A stretch of DNA of 64,000 nucleotides, taken from positions 42,346,001 to 42,410,000 of the forward strand of contig NC_134468.1 in assembly GCF_964194025.1 (NCBI RefSeq), given 5' to 3'. Of the stretch, positions 47,001 to 60,603 are shown in pieces; position 1 is the stretch's first letter; each line of letters starts with the position of its first letter. Made by a program: the position numbers and the translations under genes. The DNA comes from Convolutriloba macropyga (Eukaryota). Below the pieces are notes generated by a model. It saw nothing but the letters and a program-made list of their open reading frames with translations, was not told the origin of the DNA and searched no databases.

Positions 47001-50000
47001 CCTTGCATCAATTCAAGGGCTACCCACAAACCTTTATTGGCCTGAATTTGCTCAGCGTGTTGAACCTTTTGCTGTTTTTTTTTATTCAATACTGTCTGAT
47101 TGCGTTCGGTACTCGCTACCTGTACTTATCTGATTTTCAGATCTACCAATGTTCACAGAGGTCAGTGGTTGCATCCAATAACTTACCTCTTTGGTATTTC
47201 CTTTCGTTGCTTTAGTGCTGTAGAACTTTCTGATTGCTTTTCAGGCTCGCTGTCTTTACTTCTCGGGCTTTCAGATATATCAATGTTTATAGCAGTCTGT
47301 TGTTGCAGCTAAAGACTTACCTCCTTTTGTCGTTTAAGTTTATTTGCCATATGGCTTTTAATTTTCATCTTTTGTCTAGGAGCATCTGTAGATATTCAGA
47401 TATTTCAGATTTCAGATATTTCCTTTTAAGTTTATTTGCCATATGGCTTTTAATTTTCATCTTTTGTCTAGGAGCATCTGTAGTTAACTCTTAGGCTATT
47501 TTATCAAATATTGGTGTTTTTATTTAAATAATAAACTTTTTTGGCCTGTGTTGGCAAATTGCGATCTGCGCGCTGTCAGAAGACATGCGGAAAAAGAATT
47601 CAAAAAATCCAAAATTGCCAGGCCTTTATCAGAGCGTAAATTTGAGCAGCACGTCAAAATTGATTCGCACTAAAGAGCGATATACAAGGCAGTGTGGAAA
47701 ACTTATATTTGGCTATCACAAAATAGTGGCTACGGTGGATACACAATGTTTTATAGAGTGAATATGACTTTTGGAGCTAGCTCTAAAGCAGTTCGACAGC
47801 TTAGAACAAAAAAGCGGACCTCACCAGATGAAATTCCTAAGAAAGTGTATTGACTTTGTAAAACTTGTGAAAAATTGAATGAAAATACGCAATTTCTACT
47901 AAGAGTATTTTTGCACGAACTGTTGCAAATACAAGTTCCGGAGGCTTTAACAGAGCACCGTTTTTTGTCGAAAAAATGGGATACTATCTGCACCTAGGCT
48001 ACGGTTACGGCATTTAGTTCTAATGTACAACTTAATAGTCGAGACTTATTACGCTTGTGTTTACGAAGCTACACTTGTCATCAAATCTCTCCTTCCACGA
48101 CAGAGAAAACTTCCTGGGGGATCTTCGTTTATCAACAAGGTAAAGGCGAAATTTCGAGAAGCTGCGAGAGTTGTTGTAGGTTAATACGAACGCTCATTTT
48201 GTTTGCTCAACATTAGACATAAGATTGGAAATGTTTTACGACAAAACTTTTTCCAACCATCGAGAGCTTAATCCCCCATTCCGATTTCAACGATAAATAT
48301 TCTCCAATTTTGAGAATAACTGATTCAAAATCCGACTTTAATCTTATTGTTTCAGCCTTATTGGTGTAATATCAAAAACTCAACTTTCAAAAAAGAAGGT
48401 TGACATTTCGTGTCAGGTAGCTGCTCTACCCCCCGTTTTGCGCGTGGCTCGGAAAACATTGTCCTTCCAGCTTTGTTTGTTGGCTCTCAGTCTCAGGTTT
48501 AGATTATTGTTCCACAATTGATAGCAGAATTAGTTTCGAATGTTGGTTGGAGTGTGCATGAATAATATCGGTTGTCAGATCGGTTGAACTGCATCTCAAT
48601 AGTCACAGACGTTGCAACTAAATCACATGCGTTCACAAATTCCCAGCTCAATGGCTTTGTCGATTGTCCGTGCTTTGACCCGGAATGTCACAGCAACTTT
48701 TGCTTCTCGGGTCACTAAGATTGTGCACCAATTCAGATTGTGCGCCAAACAGTGAATATGACTTTTCGAGCTAGCTCTAATAAAGTTCTACAGCTTTCTG
48801 TTTTAGAGTACTTCAAAGCTGCTTGCTTTGCTAACTTATTTTAGACAATATACATTTACATCAATGTTCTGCCAAATTTCAAGCAAACTGTTGTTGGATC
48901 AAACATTTACTTGTTTCCTCATTTTGCATTACGAAAAAAAAAACATGAACGCGGTTATTATTTAGCTGATCTCGTTATCAATGCAACATTCAAATGTTTC
49001 GGGGAGTTTTGCAAGCGTCTGATCATCTCTCCTATTCACAAACATTATTCAGAGAATTAAGTTCAACTGCGTTTTCCCATTGTTCAGTTAAAAATTTTGT
49101 GCTGCTCTTAAAATTTTTATTATGCGGTACTTCTTGGTTGCCTTCCGCTATAAATAATTTGTTGGTATATCAGATCTATCCATGTATATAGCAATCTGTT
49201 GTATGTCCCTTTTAACACTTTGTTCATTTTACACTAAAAATATCTGCATGTTCTGTGAAGATTCCTCAGAAAATGGTCAATTTTATGTGATCATTGAAAT
49301 GTTTGGGATCAGTTGATTGCAACTTTGAAACTACGCACTTAGACTTCCCTATAAACGTACGTAAACAACGGTTTTTGATGGAATAATCCTTGCATCCATT
49401 CAAAGGCTACCCACAAACCTTTATTGTCCTGAAATTGCTGTGTTGAACCTTTTGGTGCTCTTTCTCATTCAATACTGTCTGATTGCGTTCGGTACTCGCT
49501 ACCTGTACTTCTCTGATTTTCAGATCTATCAATGTTCACAGAGGTCAGTGGTTGCATCCAATAACTTAGCTCTTTGGTATTTCCTTTCGTTGCTTTAGTG
49601 CTGTAGAACTTTCTGATTGCCTTCCAGGCTCGCTGTCTCTACTTCTCGGGCTTTCAGATATATCCATGTTTATAGCAGACTGTTGTTGCAGCTAAAGACT
49701 TATCTCCTTTTGTCGTTTAAGTTAATATTTGCCATATGGCTTTTGATTTTCATCGATTTGTCTAGGAGCATCTGTAGGTAACTCTTAGGCTATTTTTCCA
49801 AATATTGTTGTTTTTATTTAAATAATTAACTATTTTATATCAGAAATGCTACCCATTAAACTTGATTGGCCTGTGTTGGCACATTGCGATTTGTACACTG
49901 TCAAAAGATATGCGGAAAAAGAATTCGAAAAAACCAAAAATGCCAGGCCTTTATCAGAACGTAAATTTGAGCAGCACGTCAAAATTGATTCGAACTAGAG

Positions 50001-51640
50001 GGCGACAAACAAGGCAGTGTGGAAAACTTATATTTGGCTATCACAAAATAGTGGCTACGGAGGATACACAATTTTTTATGGAGTGAATAAGACATTTCGA
50101 GCTAGCTCTAATGCAATTCGAAAGCTTAGAACAAAAAAGCAGACCTCACCAGATGAAATTCCTAAGAAAGTGTATTGACTTTGTAAAACTTGTGAAAAAT
50201 TGAAAGAAAATACGCAATTCTTACTAAGAGTATTTTTCCACGAACTGTTGCAAAAGCAAGTTCATGAGGCTTTAACAGAGCACCGTCTTTTGTTAAAAAA
50301 AATGGGATACCGGCTGCACCTAGGCTACGCTTATGGCATTTAGTTCTAATGTAAAACTTAATAGTCGAAGACCCTAACAAGACTATTTATAACATTGAGG
50401 AACGAGATCAAACAGTTGATCTGTATGAGTCCGAAATAGCCTTGCCGAGTTTTCTACAGGCAAGTAAATTTCACTACGCACACTCCAATCTTGACAATGA
50501 TTACAACGGAAGATAACAGCTCTAGAGACTAAAATTGCTGCACAAACCTAGAGCCTCCTCGTGCTTAATCGCCAGTAAACATCGCTGTCTCGAGTGTTCT
50601 GCTTCGTCAGTTCACACGAAAAACAATGAGGGTTGGTCAATTCAAAACAAAATTGTGCCCTGGAAGTGATGTAAATATTGCGCTTGCTTGTCTTTTAGTA
50701 GAGATTGTGTTTACGAAGCTCCACTTGTTATCAAATCTCTCCTTCCCCGACGGAGAATACTTCCATTGGGATCTTCATTTATCAAAAAGGTAAAGGCAAA
50801 ATTTCGTGAAGCTACGAGAGTTGTTGTAGGTTAAGAAGAGCGCTCATTTTGTTTGCTCAACGTTAAGATTGGAAACGTTTTACAAAACTTTTTTCAAACA
50901 TCGTGAGCTTAATCCCCATTCCGATTTCAATGATAAATATTTCCAATTTTTTGAGAAAAACTGATTCTAACTTCGACTGTAATCTTAATTTCTCAGCCTT
51001 ATTGGAGTTAATATCAAAAACTCAACTTTCAAAAAATAAGGTTGACACTTCGCGTCAGGTAGCTGCTCTAACCCCGTTTTGCGCGTGGCTCGGAAAACAT
51101 TGTCCTTCCAGCTTTGTTTGTTGGCTCTCAGACTCAGGTTTAGAATATTGTTCCACAGATGATTGCAGAATTAGTTTCGAATGTTGGTTGGAGTGTGCAT
51201 GAATAATATCGGATGTCAGATCGGTTGAACTGCATTTCAATAGTCACAGACGTTCCAGCTAAATCACATGCGTTCACAAATTTCCAGCTCAATGGCTTTG
51301 TCGATTGTCGGTGCTGTGACCCGGAAGGTCAAATCAACTTTTGCTTCTCGGGTCACTAAGATTGTGCACCAATTCAGATTGTGCGCCAAACAGTGAATAT
51401 GACTTTTCGAGCTAGCTCTAATAAAGTTCTACAGCTTTCTGTTTTAGAGTACTTCAAAGCTGCTTGCTTTGCTAACTTATTTTAGACAATATACATTCAC
51501 ATCAATGTTCTGCCAAATTTCAAGCAAACTGTTGTTGGATCGAACTTTTTGCTTGTTTCCTCACTTTGCATTACGAAAAAAAAACATGAAAGCGGTTATT
51601 ATTTAGCTGATCTCGTTATCAATGCAACATTCAAATGTTG
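38020..51640. repeat. Macrosatellite / complex tandem array: four ~1.5-kb units followed by three ~2.3-2.6-kb composite units
   Basis: Anchor CTTTTC(G/A)AGCTAGCTCTAATAAAG at 39542, 41042, 42547, 44036, 46377, 48762 and 51403; short ORFs recur at the same period. Confidence 0.93.
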
Positions 51641-52499
51641 TGGTCAAAACCAAGCCGGGTAATGATGTAAAAAATAAAGCTGGTGTCAAAGGAAAACGTG
51701 CCTTTTCATCTATTATTATGGTTTACCGCATGGTTGATCTGAAAAAACTGATTACATGCACTGTGTTGCTCTGCACCTTTCCTGATTTATTAAAACCTAT
51801 TTAACGAAAATTTAATTTTTGGAAAAAAATTTTGAATGCGAAGGTGGCAAAACTGGCCTGTCTACAAGCAACAATTCGTTATTCTCGAAAAATTTGAAGC
51901 CTCGAACCGATAGACCAAATCAAGGCAAATCAATATTTTAATCGAACTTTTTTATGTTGAACCTGTTTTTTTTCGTAAAAATTTAATTCATACTCCTCTC
52001 TGAAAAAAGCCAGGTATGACGACAAAGTTGTACAAGCGTGTGCACAATATGAAATAATTGCGGAGCTCGGTATTGTTAAAAGTCATTTGTTCTTTACCGG
52101 AAAAAGTTCGAGGAAGACTTTGGTAAACGATCAGCTTTTAAAATAACTTTCAGGAGGGATGGTGATAAGGCCAAAAACTGTTCTTAATAAAACGCTACAC
52201 AGCCTTCGATCATGCATAAAAACTAATCTAAGGCGAGCACCAATTCTGACAAGTTATTTTCTGTAAACTTCAAAGTTTAATGTTTTCGCATTGTCGCTTT
52301 TCTTTTTGGTGCAAAACTTTGCTCACTTTCCACAGATATGGAGTTGAAGAGTTGGCCCTTTGTTTGCGTATTCAGCAATGAGTTTCATTCCCGCAAATCG
52401 TCTGTTAGTGAAAGTGTTTCCTCTTAATTTCTCTGTCTCGGGTTTAATAGGACTCGTTGTTCTGAGGTCGCAATTCTTTCTTTTCCCTTATTTCTCCAC

Positions 52500-53660
52500 T
52501 AGTTCACTTGAATTTTGGCCGCATTATTTTTTATCCAGCTCTTTAGAGACTCATAGCGCTACGGCCTCTGTTCTCGGGTGTTGAGTTATTTTCGCTCACA
52601 CGCCTGGCAATATCGCCTCAGAGTGTTAGACTTATACATTCTTCGCAGAATACTCGTGGCTATATCGCGGCATTTCTATCTAGTACTTTTTTCGTTGCCT
52701 GCTGTCTTTACTGCTTGGCCTGAAGTTTTTTATTTATATTGTACGATAATCGTGGCTATATAGCAGTTCTGTCTCTTAATTCTGTCTGCTTACTCTCTCA
52801 GATGGCCTCAGTGTTATAAGTCTCATATTTTCATTGTGGAAGACTCGAGGCTAAATGGCTGCAGTTCTAACTATAACTTCACGTTTTTGATTTCTCCTGG
52901 CTGTATGCAAAATATTTTTTATTCCAAATCACTTCACGATGTTATTGCTTCATAATCATTTATTAACATGTTAAAAGATGATGAACAAATTGTTTGAACA
53001 GAGAATTTTGTTTGTCTTTGTCCTCAACCATATGGCCGGAGTTCTTCGGTCTTTTAATTTTCTGTTTACTTTGTTGCCTGTATGGGCGAAGACAATCTTC
53101 GTGCCACATGACGTTTCACGATGTTAATGATTCTTGATCTTTGACTCACACGTTGGAAACTGAATCTCAAATTTTTGAAATAATATTGTTTGTGTCTATG
53201 TCAGTGATTATCGTGTGACAACTATACTTTTTTCGGAGTTCTTGGCTTTAACGTCGCAGCTCTCGTTTTATTTCCTTCTCTTAAGATATTCGTTGTTCAA
53301 TGGCATCGGTCTATTTTTCTATATGTATCTTTCGGCTCCATGGCCTCAGAGTCTGTTGTTTTCTTAGCAGGAGTCTCGTCTTAGCAAAATGGCCATTTTG
53401 CTTATTTACGATGTAGGATACTCGTGCCTATATGGCCTCAGTTGTTACAACAATTACTTTCCGCTGCTTACTCTTTTGGGCTGTATGGCCTCATCTCATG
53501 AGTACTTGCTCGATTACTTTTATGGCGTCTCGTGGCTATATGGCCGCAGCTCTTCTGCTTTTCTTTTTGCGCTGCTTACTCTTGGCTGTATGTATTTACT
53601 TTGCAATTCTTTTTTTTCTTTCCCTTTCAGCTCCATGGCCTCAACGGTCTGGTTAGCTAT
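52500..53660. repeat. Highly degenerate minisatellite
   Basis: Recurrent CTCGTGGCTATAT, TATGGCCTCAG and CTTACTCTT...GGCTGTATG motifs. Confidence 0.55.
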
Positions 53661-55047
53661 TAAAAAAGTTATATGATGATTGATTCTTAACTGTGATTCA
53701 AAGCGTTCGAAAATGATATTCAGAACTTTTTCGACCGATATTATGGTTTGTGTCTATTTTCTCATTTGTCGTGCATAACTTATTTCTTAGCTATCCTCAG
53801 AAAACTTGTAGTTCTGTAGCAACAATTTTGATTTTTGGTTGCAGTCTGTCAGAATCGAAATCTTAGTTTAGCTCGCCTAAAAAAGTTCGTTGATCCTTAT
53901 TTTTCGTGCGGTTTTTACGTGCCTATTTCAAGTGAAGATTTGTTGAATTTAGTGAAAGAGTTGTTCAAATTTAAAAAGGTAATGAGCATCCCTGGAGTAA
54001 CTGAAATGTAAAACAGATTTTTTGGTATTGCGTGCCTAGAAAAAGTAGGTTTTCGTACCAAAATTAGGGATTTCTCCAAAAAATATATTAGGTATTTTTG
54101 CATCCGTCCAAGAAAAGTCTAAATAGAACCAATCCTGGCATGGAAATCTCACTGTAGAAGTACAGTGTAAGAGGGAATTTTTGCGGTCGCTTATCTACCT
54201 TCATAAAAAACTTCAGAAATTTGCGATTTCTCCCCGTATCATCTCTTCAGGATAGGCAGTTTTATGGGGTCAAGGACTTGTTTCAATCAAACTAAGTTCG
54301 GTGTGGAGTATCCACGGTGTATTTAAATTGTTTTTGCAATAATATTCCAAAAAACACAAACGTTTCATACAGAAATTGGCGATATCATATTCCTCATTGT
54401 ACGTAGTGTTAAAAAAATGTGACAATTTTTAGTAAAGACTGCCCAGGAGAAAAGTTAGATTTTCGTACGGAAATTAGCGATTTCTTCGAATACCGTATCA
54501 TAAAATCACGTATTTTATATCGTGTGACGCAGTTAATCAAATCAAACACAGCTAAGCCAGGAGTATCAGCAGTGTCTATAGAAGGTGAAGGAAACAGGAT
54601 TTTTCCTGTTGATTGCCTAAAAAACAAGTTACTCTCGTAGGGAAATTTGATATTTCTGCCTTTGTGCCCAGATATGCTTTTAGATCCAGCTAGCTCAAGA
54701 AAAAACTACGTTTTCAAAGTTATTTTGCCAGATGTCTTTTCAAATTTTTTGATTTTTTTCAAGCTAGTCAAGTAGTGGTTGAAATCGAACGCAACCCCAA
54801 GTCAAAGTCTCCCTATACGTGTGCGATACATCAAAAAAGAATGTTGGATCCAACTCGCCTAGGAGCTTCCAAACCGTTTTTTCATTATTTTGTAAATACG
54901 TTTCATTTCGAGCTACTCAAGAAGTGATTCTCAGTGTGTGTGCTTGTTGATACTTTTTTGTGTTTGCTTGTGGATGTTTATATGTATTTTTTGTGTTTAG
55001 CATTCTTGAGTTTTAAGCCAAATCATTTTCTTCTACTGAATTTTAAG

Positions 55048-55149
55048 GACATCTTAGGCATTGAAAAGGTGACCAGACCAAAAACCAAGAACTTGGTTTT
55101 GATAGCATTCGTAATCATAAGTGGTGCACTTGGTTATAGATTGACCTAA
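55048..55149 (+). other. Possible terminal coding exon encoding a C-terminal transmembrane anchor
   Basis: Pyrimidine-rich acceptor ...ttctactgaattttaag| then DILGIEKVTRPKTKNLVLIAFVIISGALGYRLT*; upstream exons not identified. Confidence 0.25.
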
Positions 55150-56144
55150 AGAATTTCACATATTGACCCAAGATTATGTTTTTTCTTGGAAGAAGCCTAA
55201 GACTTGGGATTTTTCACTGTCAATAGGAACCTCAGAGATCGACTCTGGGGTGTTCTCTTAGCAGACCTGTACTTGACCTGATCAGACTCTGAATCAGGCC
55301 TGGGACTTTCTTTGATTTTTTTTCTGAATCAGGCCTGATCGTCTCTGTAGATATGCTACGGGAAGTCATTTTCATAAAAGCAGGTAGCTTTAAGGCCCAA
55401 AATCTGTTTAGACCCATTCAAAAACATCGTTTTGAAAGACATTTTAGCTCTTCAAGCAAGGCTGATTTGGGTGCAAAAATATAAAAACCATTTTCAAAAA
55501 CATCTCAACTGTTTGATCGCATGTTTTAGCTATCAATAAGTCCGAGGCTATAAGATAGTTTGGCAATTCTTCAGGGTCAAAATCAATAATGAACATTTTA
55601 GCCTGGTTTAATCATACAAAAAAATCTGATCAATATGTCCACATTATCAAAATACTTACGTACTAATAAAGCTGAAAGAATCCACAATAAGTAACTAGGC
55701 TTCTTTAGCAAAAAACTGAAATGAGCATGCAAAATGCAGTTACAATGACCTCTGCACACTTCATACAATTATGTTTTCATTTATTACATTCTACATTGTA
55801 ACTACGCATCTCCGATCCTATTCTTTGGATGAGAGGACCCAAATGAAGTTCTTATCACCAGCATCAACTTTTCCCCTTTTAAAAAATTTATATTCTTGGT
55901 GCGAAATTAGCGATTTTCTGCTTTTCTCCATTGAAAAGGGGAAATTACGTCCCTTTTCAAAATATTATCAAAAGCACAATCTTCTCCCACGCTCTACAAC
56001 TGAAAACCGATTACTCATTTGTAATATTAACACATACATACAAATTAGATATACAGGATGTATATATACATTTATGAACAATCAACAATATATACAACAA
56101 GGTTGTGACCATTTTCACTCGACTGCACTCTTGACAAACTAAAA

Positions 56145-57469
56145 CTAATAATTATTGGCACCCATGAGTGATCTCTCCTGTTTCTCTCTCCTCGTGTGCT
56201 GCCTGTCCACAACCTTGCGTAACATCTGCGTGAACTCGGTGTGCATTCTTAAAATGGACTCCCGCTCGTATGCATTACAGTCTTCCACAGTTCTGATTCG
56301 TCCGGTCAGTTTGGGCTGCACTGCTCTGTTGCTCTGCTTCTGGTCTGGCATTTTATAAGGATAAAGAATCTTTTCTGCAGATGAGGGCAATAAATTTTCT
56401 AGTTCTCGGAACCACTAAAAACAAAGTCCCGGGATTATACCGCCATTATATAAACTTCTCTCTTCTAACAAACCTCTTTCGTATAAAAACATAAATTTCT
56501 GAAATGTCCAATGTCCTCATTCAGCAACGTCTCAAACCCGGTTCCTTTACCAGGTGAACCATCGTTTTTCACAAAGCTATGTCATTACACATTACACTAC
56601 TGATGCATGATTTCACGATGATGACGACTTGAACAACCTAATAAGCGTTTGGACCCACTTAGCTAGTCCTATTAAAACAGTTACCCAATAGAAATACTCT
56701 AATATATTGGAAGATTACACAACAAAACTTGTCACAGAATTGGCAAGTTAAAAATCTAATCGGCAGCAGAACTGAAACAGCATTCTTCTCAAGAAACCTT
56801 TTTTAAAGTTTGAAGCCCTTTTCAAGGAACGCATAACATAGAACCGCCCGCCCTAACCAGATCTAATAGTTCTCCATGTCCCTGTCGGCCAGGGTTGTAG
56901 ACGAAGACAGCTCCCAGAGCTCCATTGCAGACCACTTCCAATTTGTCTCGCATCCTCTCAAGATCACCACTCACATCCCATATTTGGATATTTACAGTAA
57001 CCACAGCTCCAGATGTGAGCTAAAACAGAAAATGGTTACTATTTTCCACTGTAACCGAACACAATTATCGATAATTTACAATAAAGGTTCTTTATAAATT
57101 TTGAATAGGAACCAAAATTTCTTACCGCGTAATAATTGCCAGACATTTCTACAGAAGTGAGTATTTGTAAATAAAAGAATAGATGAAGCTATTTCAATAA
57201 TTGATGAACTGATTACATCTGTCAATTCTAGCAGTGAAATTGAAAGTTACCTGAAAATCGCCGATATTTCGCTCGTGTATACGGACTGGGTACGTAGAGA
57301 CGTCGCCTTCTGAGCCCAAATCGAGTTTGAAGCTTTCAAACTCCTTCTCATCTATGGTGTTCTCCAAAAATGACAGATCTTCACTCTCACGACTGAAGAT
57401 ATACTTTGCCAGCACCGTCTTGCCTGCATTTTGAGGTCCTACTAAAAGGATTTTTGTTGTCAATGACAT
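56145..57469 (-). CDS. IFT22: Intraflagellar transport protein 22 (Rab-like 5) atypical small GTPase, ~216 aa. Exons 57251-57469, 56858-57019, 56145-56414
   Basis: KILLVGPQNAGKTVLA (G1), VRIHE, IWDVSGD (G3-like), GAVFVYNP...H...LWF, no NKxD, and a C-terminal helix EFTQMLRKVV...RREKQERSLM, matching the IFT22/RABL5 pattern; two phase-0 GT-AG introns. Confidence 0.82.
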
Positions 57470-58389
57470 GCAAAATCTGGAAAATGCGCGTTGAAGAAGC
57501 AAAATATACACAGCAAACCAATGCAATAGCACAGCCGCATTGTTTGATAGTCAAATAGAACTTGTCCATTGCACGTGTTATAAGAGCGTAAATAATTGTA
57601 CCATTTCAGAATAGTGAAAAGTTGTGCCCAAAACTGCTCAATTTTGAGGAATTGATTGATTTTAGGCGACAAAAATGATTTAAAAAATAGATCAAGACAT
57701 GCTGCTTGGATGCTGATTGAACTAATTTTTTATAGAGAAAACAGAAACAAAGAAGTATGGAGCAGCCCAAATGTTCACAAGAAATCCTGTCATCTCCAGT
57801 TTAAATTTAGTTTCATAAAATTAACCAGCAAACAGTAGTTGTCAATAGACACCCAATTAGACTGGTGCTAAAACATAGCTGGAGGAAACGAGAGCGTTCT
57901 GCTAAAAATGAGCGAATTCGATCTAAATGATTGAATAGGTTTACAGAAAATAACAAACTACACTTCATATCTTGCAATAATTGCTCAAAACTTATTGAAG
58001 TACTCATATTAAATTTAACTACAACAGTAGGGAACCAGCTTTTCAGCACAAAATGGTAAGTTTCTGTATGGCAAAAAGCTGCAATAACAGCATCAAACAG
58101 TGTATTCTAATTTTTGTTTGAAAATAAACTTGTCAAGGCTGCTATGAGCTTTCTAAAGCAGGGCAAGTTATAACCACATTCGTACTATGAGCGCAGTTTC
58201 ATTCTATCAAATTCAAATGTTCCGGGTTTTTCAATCTTCTTGTCTTGCGTATCTGATCTTTTTAACTAAAGTTTTTTCCACTTTTCTACATTACTTGAGT
58301 TTTTGGAATTCCAGAACGGCGTGATCATTTAGGCTAAAAAAATCTATTTGCAAAATGAAACAATTTGATCAAAGTTGTAAAAAATGGGT

Positions 58390-59720
58390 ACAGGTTGACC
58401 AAAGCCTTCTACCAAAGCCTTCTGAGCTAACGATATGCTGACAGGGTCGCTTCATATTAACAGGGCAGGTTTTCTTACGCAGAATATAACAAAAAAAAAC
58501 CAAAATGGAGAAAAGTCAAACATGGTGTCCCCCAAGGTGACGTACTATCGCCAATGCTCTCCAACATCTAAATGAGCAAGCTGCCTCTATCCCAGAAAGA
58601 TAAAAACATCACGTCTTACGCTTATGACATAACTTTAACAACATGTCACCCACAGGTTGAGAAAATACGTGACATAACTCCCTACCTAAATATTTTACAC
58701 GACTGGCGAGTATCAAGAAAACTTAAGCTATCAGCTGAGAACTCAAGTGCAACTGTGTTCACAACCTGGAGCAAGGAGACCAAGTTTGACCCACCCTCAC
58801 TATCAAAAATTCACCAATACCAGTAAAGTCCAAAGTCAAAGTAATTGTTGTCTTCTTCTATGGTATGCTGAAATTTGGAGAACATACAAGGAGCACCAAA
58901 GAGAAACTACAAAAGCGAAATAACATACTAAAAAGGCTTGCCAGTAGCGACTGGGCCTGCACAAAAGAGACTCAGTGAAGTACACAGCTAACGGTCGGAG
59001 CCTCCTGAACTACGGTGCTCCCACAATCAGCAATACAAACTGGAACCACCTGCAAACACAAGAAACATTGCTCGATGGCAGATATCAGGGCCACCGTGCT
59101 GATCATAGAACAACCTCCTCAACCAGTTTTCATCCCCTGAGACCGACACTAAATGATACCTAGGGAGCGCGTGAAACAAAACAAACAATAAAGAGCAATT
59201 AAGTCGCAAATAAAAAAAATGCGCTCAAAAGTATCCACCGACATAGGGTCCATACTCAATTCAACAAAGACAGCAACTCGGCACACGTCCACTAAAGATA
59301 GCAGAAGAACAAACGCCGCCACGAATTGCACGTATCCGATTAGCACAACTGAGAACTGGATACTGCCCCATGCTAAACTCTTACTTGAGTATGATTTGTA
59401 ACAACGTTGATAACCACTGTCCCAAATGTGAAGTATCACCACATGACGTAAACCACTTTTTCAACTGCAAAACCACGGACCTGAAATTAAGTGACCTGTG
59501 AAAAAGACCAGTAGAGGTAGCTAACTGGCTGCACTTAATACCATCAGTCTAACATGACCACACTGCACAGCATAATCCGCCTTCCTTGTCCCCTTTCCCT
59601 GATGTTGACGATGCCCCTCCTGGCCCCCTAACCCCGCGACCGCATGTCATTCACCATGGCGTAGATGCAGAAGGGTCGCCGCACCACAAGCAAGTTGTGG
59701 ATAGGCAGTCACACCACTAC
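58390..59720 (+). mobile_element. Decayed, 5'-truncated non-LTR retrotransposon (reverse transcriptase plus C-terminal Cys/His knuckle)
   Basis: KHGVPQGDVLSPMLSNI*M, SYAYDITL (mutated YADD), RTGYCPMLNSYL, CPKCEVSPHDVNHFFNC; multiple stops and frameshifts; 3' boundary approximate. Confidence 0.88.
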
Positions 59721-60603
59721 TAATATATCTATTGTTATGACAAATGCAACTAAGGTACTAGTTAAAAACAGCAAGAAGCGGCAATATCCCGCCAAAATTA
59801 TCTGCGAATTGCAGCTCTGTGCAACAGCTTCAACAACAACATATACTTACAGGCTGCCCAGAGCTTGACCAATTTTCGCTGTAAAGATGGTACCACGTGC
59901 AAGTTTCAGAACCAAAAAAGTTGCCATAGTCATCAAACAAGAGTAACGTTGCACGCAAAGGAAAAGTCTAAATGTGAGGCATAAGAAAAAGGGTGGCTGA
60001 GAACAGGCCGCTGTGGCCTAGAAATGCTCAACTGTGATTACGATAACTAAAATAATTAATTTATTAAAAGCTTCGTTGCTAACAATTTAGCGGTTAAATG
60101 CGAGAATGTGGAAAAGATAGGGGTTATTTCCCAGCCGTCGTTTAGATTCCTATACACTAATCAACGGCTACCCGAACTTCAGATATGAGCAAAACGCGAC
60201 AAATTATGTGAGCGGAAGAAGACAATTTAGTCAAAAAGAGCTCCTCTCAACTTCCATTTTATCTCTCAAAAACAGATCGGGTCGTTTCCGCTTGTGCCAC
60301 ACCTAGCGTAATGGGTGCATTTTATTTGCACCCCAAAGACGCAGGTGCCATACTTTAACAATGATTTAACATCTAATGACACGTGCTCTGCAACTGGAGT
60401 GTGCATAACGTACTGGGGGGGACAAACGGAAAAGATCCAAAAGATCTTATAAAAGAATCGTTTTATAACTTATTGACCAAATAAATATCGTTTTAGTGGG
60501 TGGACCAGTTTTGCTTTCGAAAAAATGAGTCAGCGTTTGAAAGTTTTTTAAGGAGTGGTACAAAATACATGAACAGATGAGGTATCACGAAACGTGTCAC
60601 AGG

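Noticed and set aside
38600-51300. Many recurring 60-120 aa ORFs in the array
   Set aside because: Frames are broken differently between units, most start at non-ATG codons and no domain is recognisable. Recurrence simply reflects the DNA repeat.
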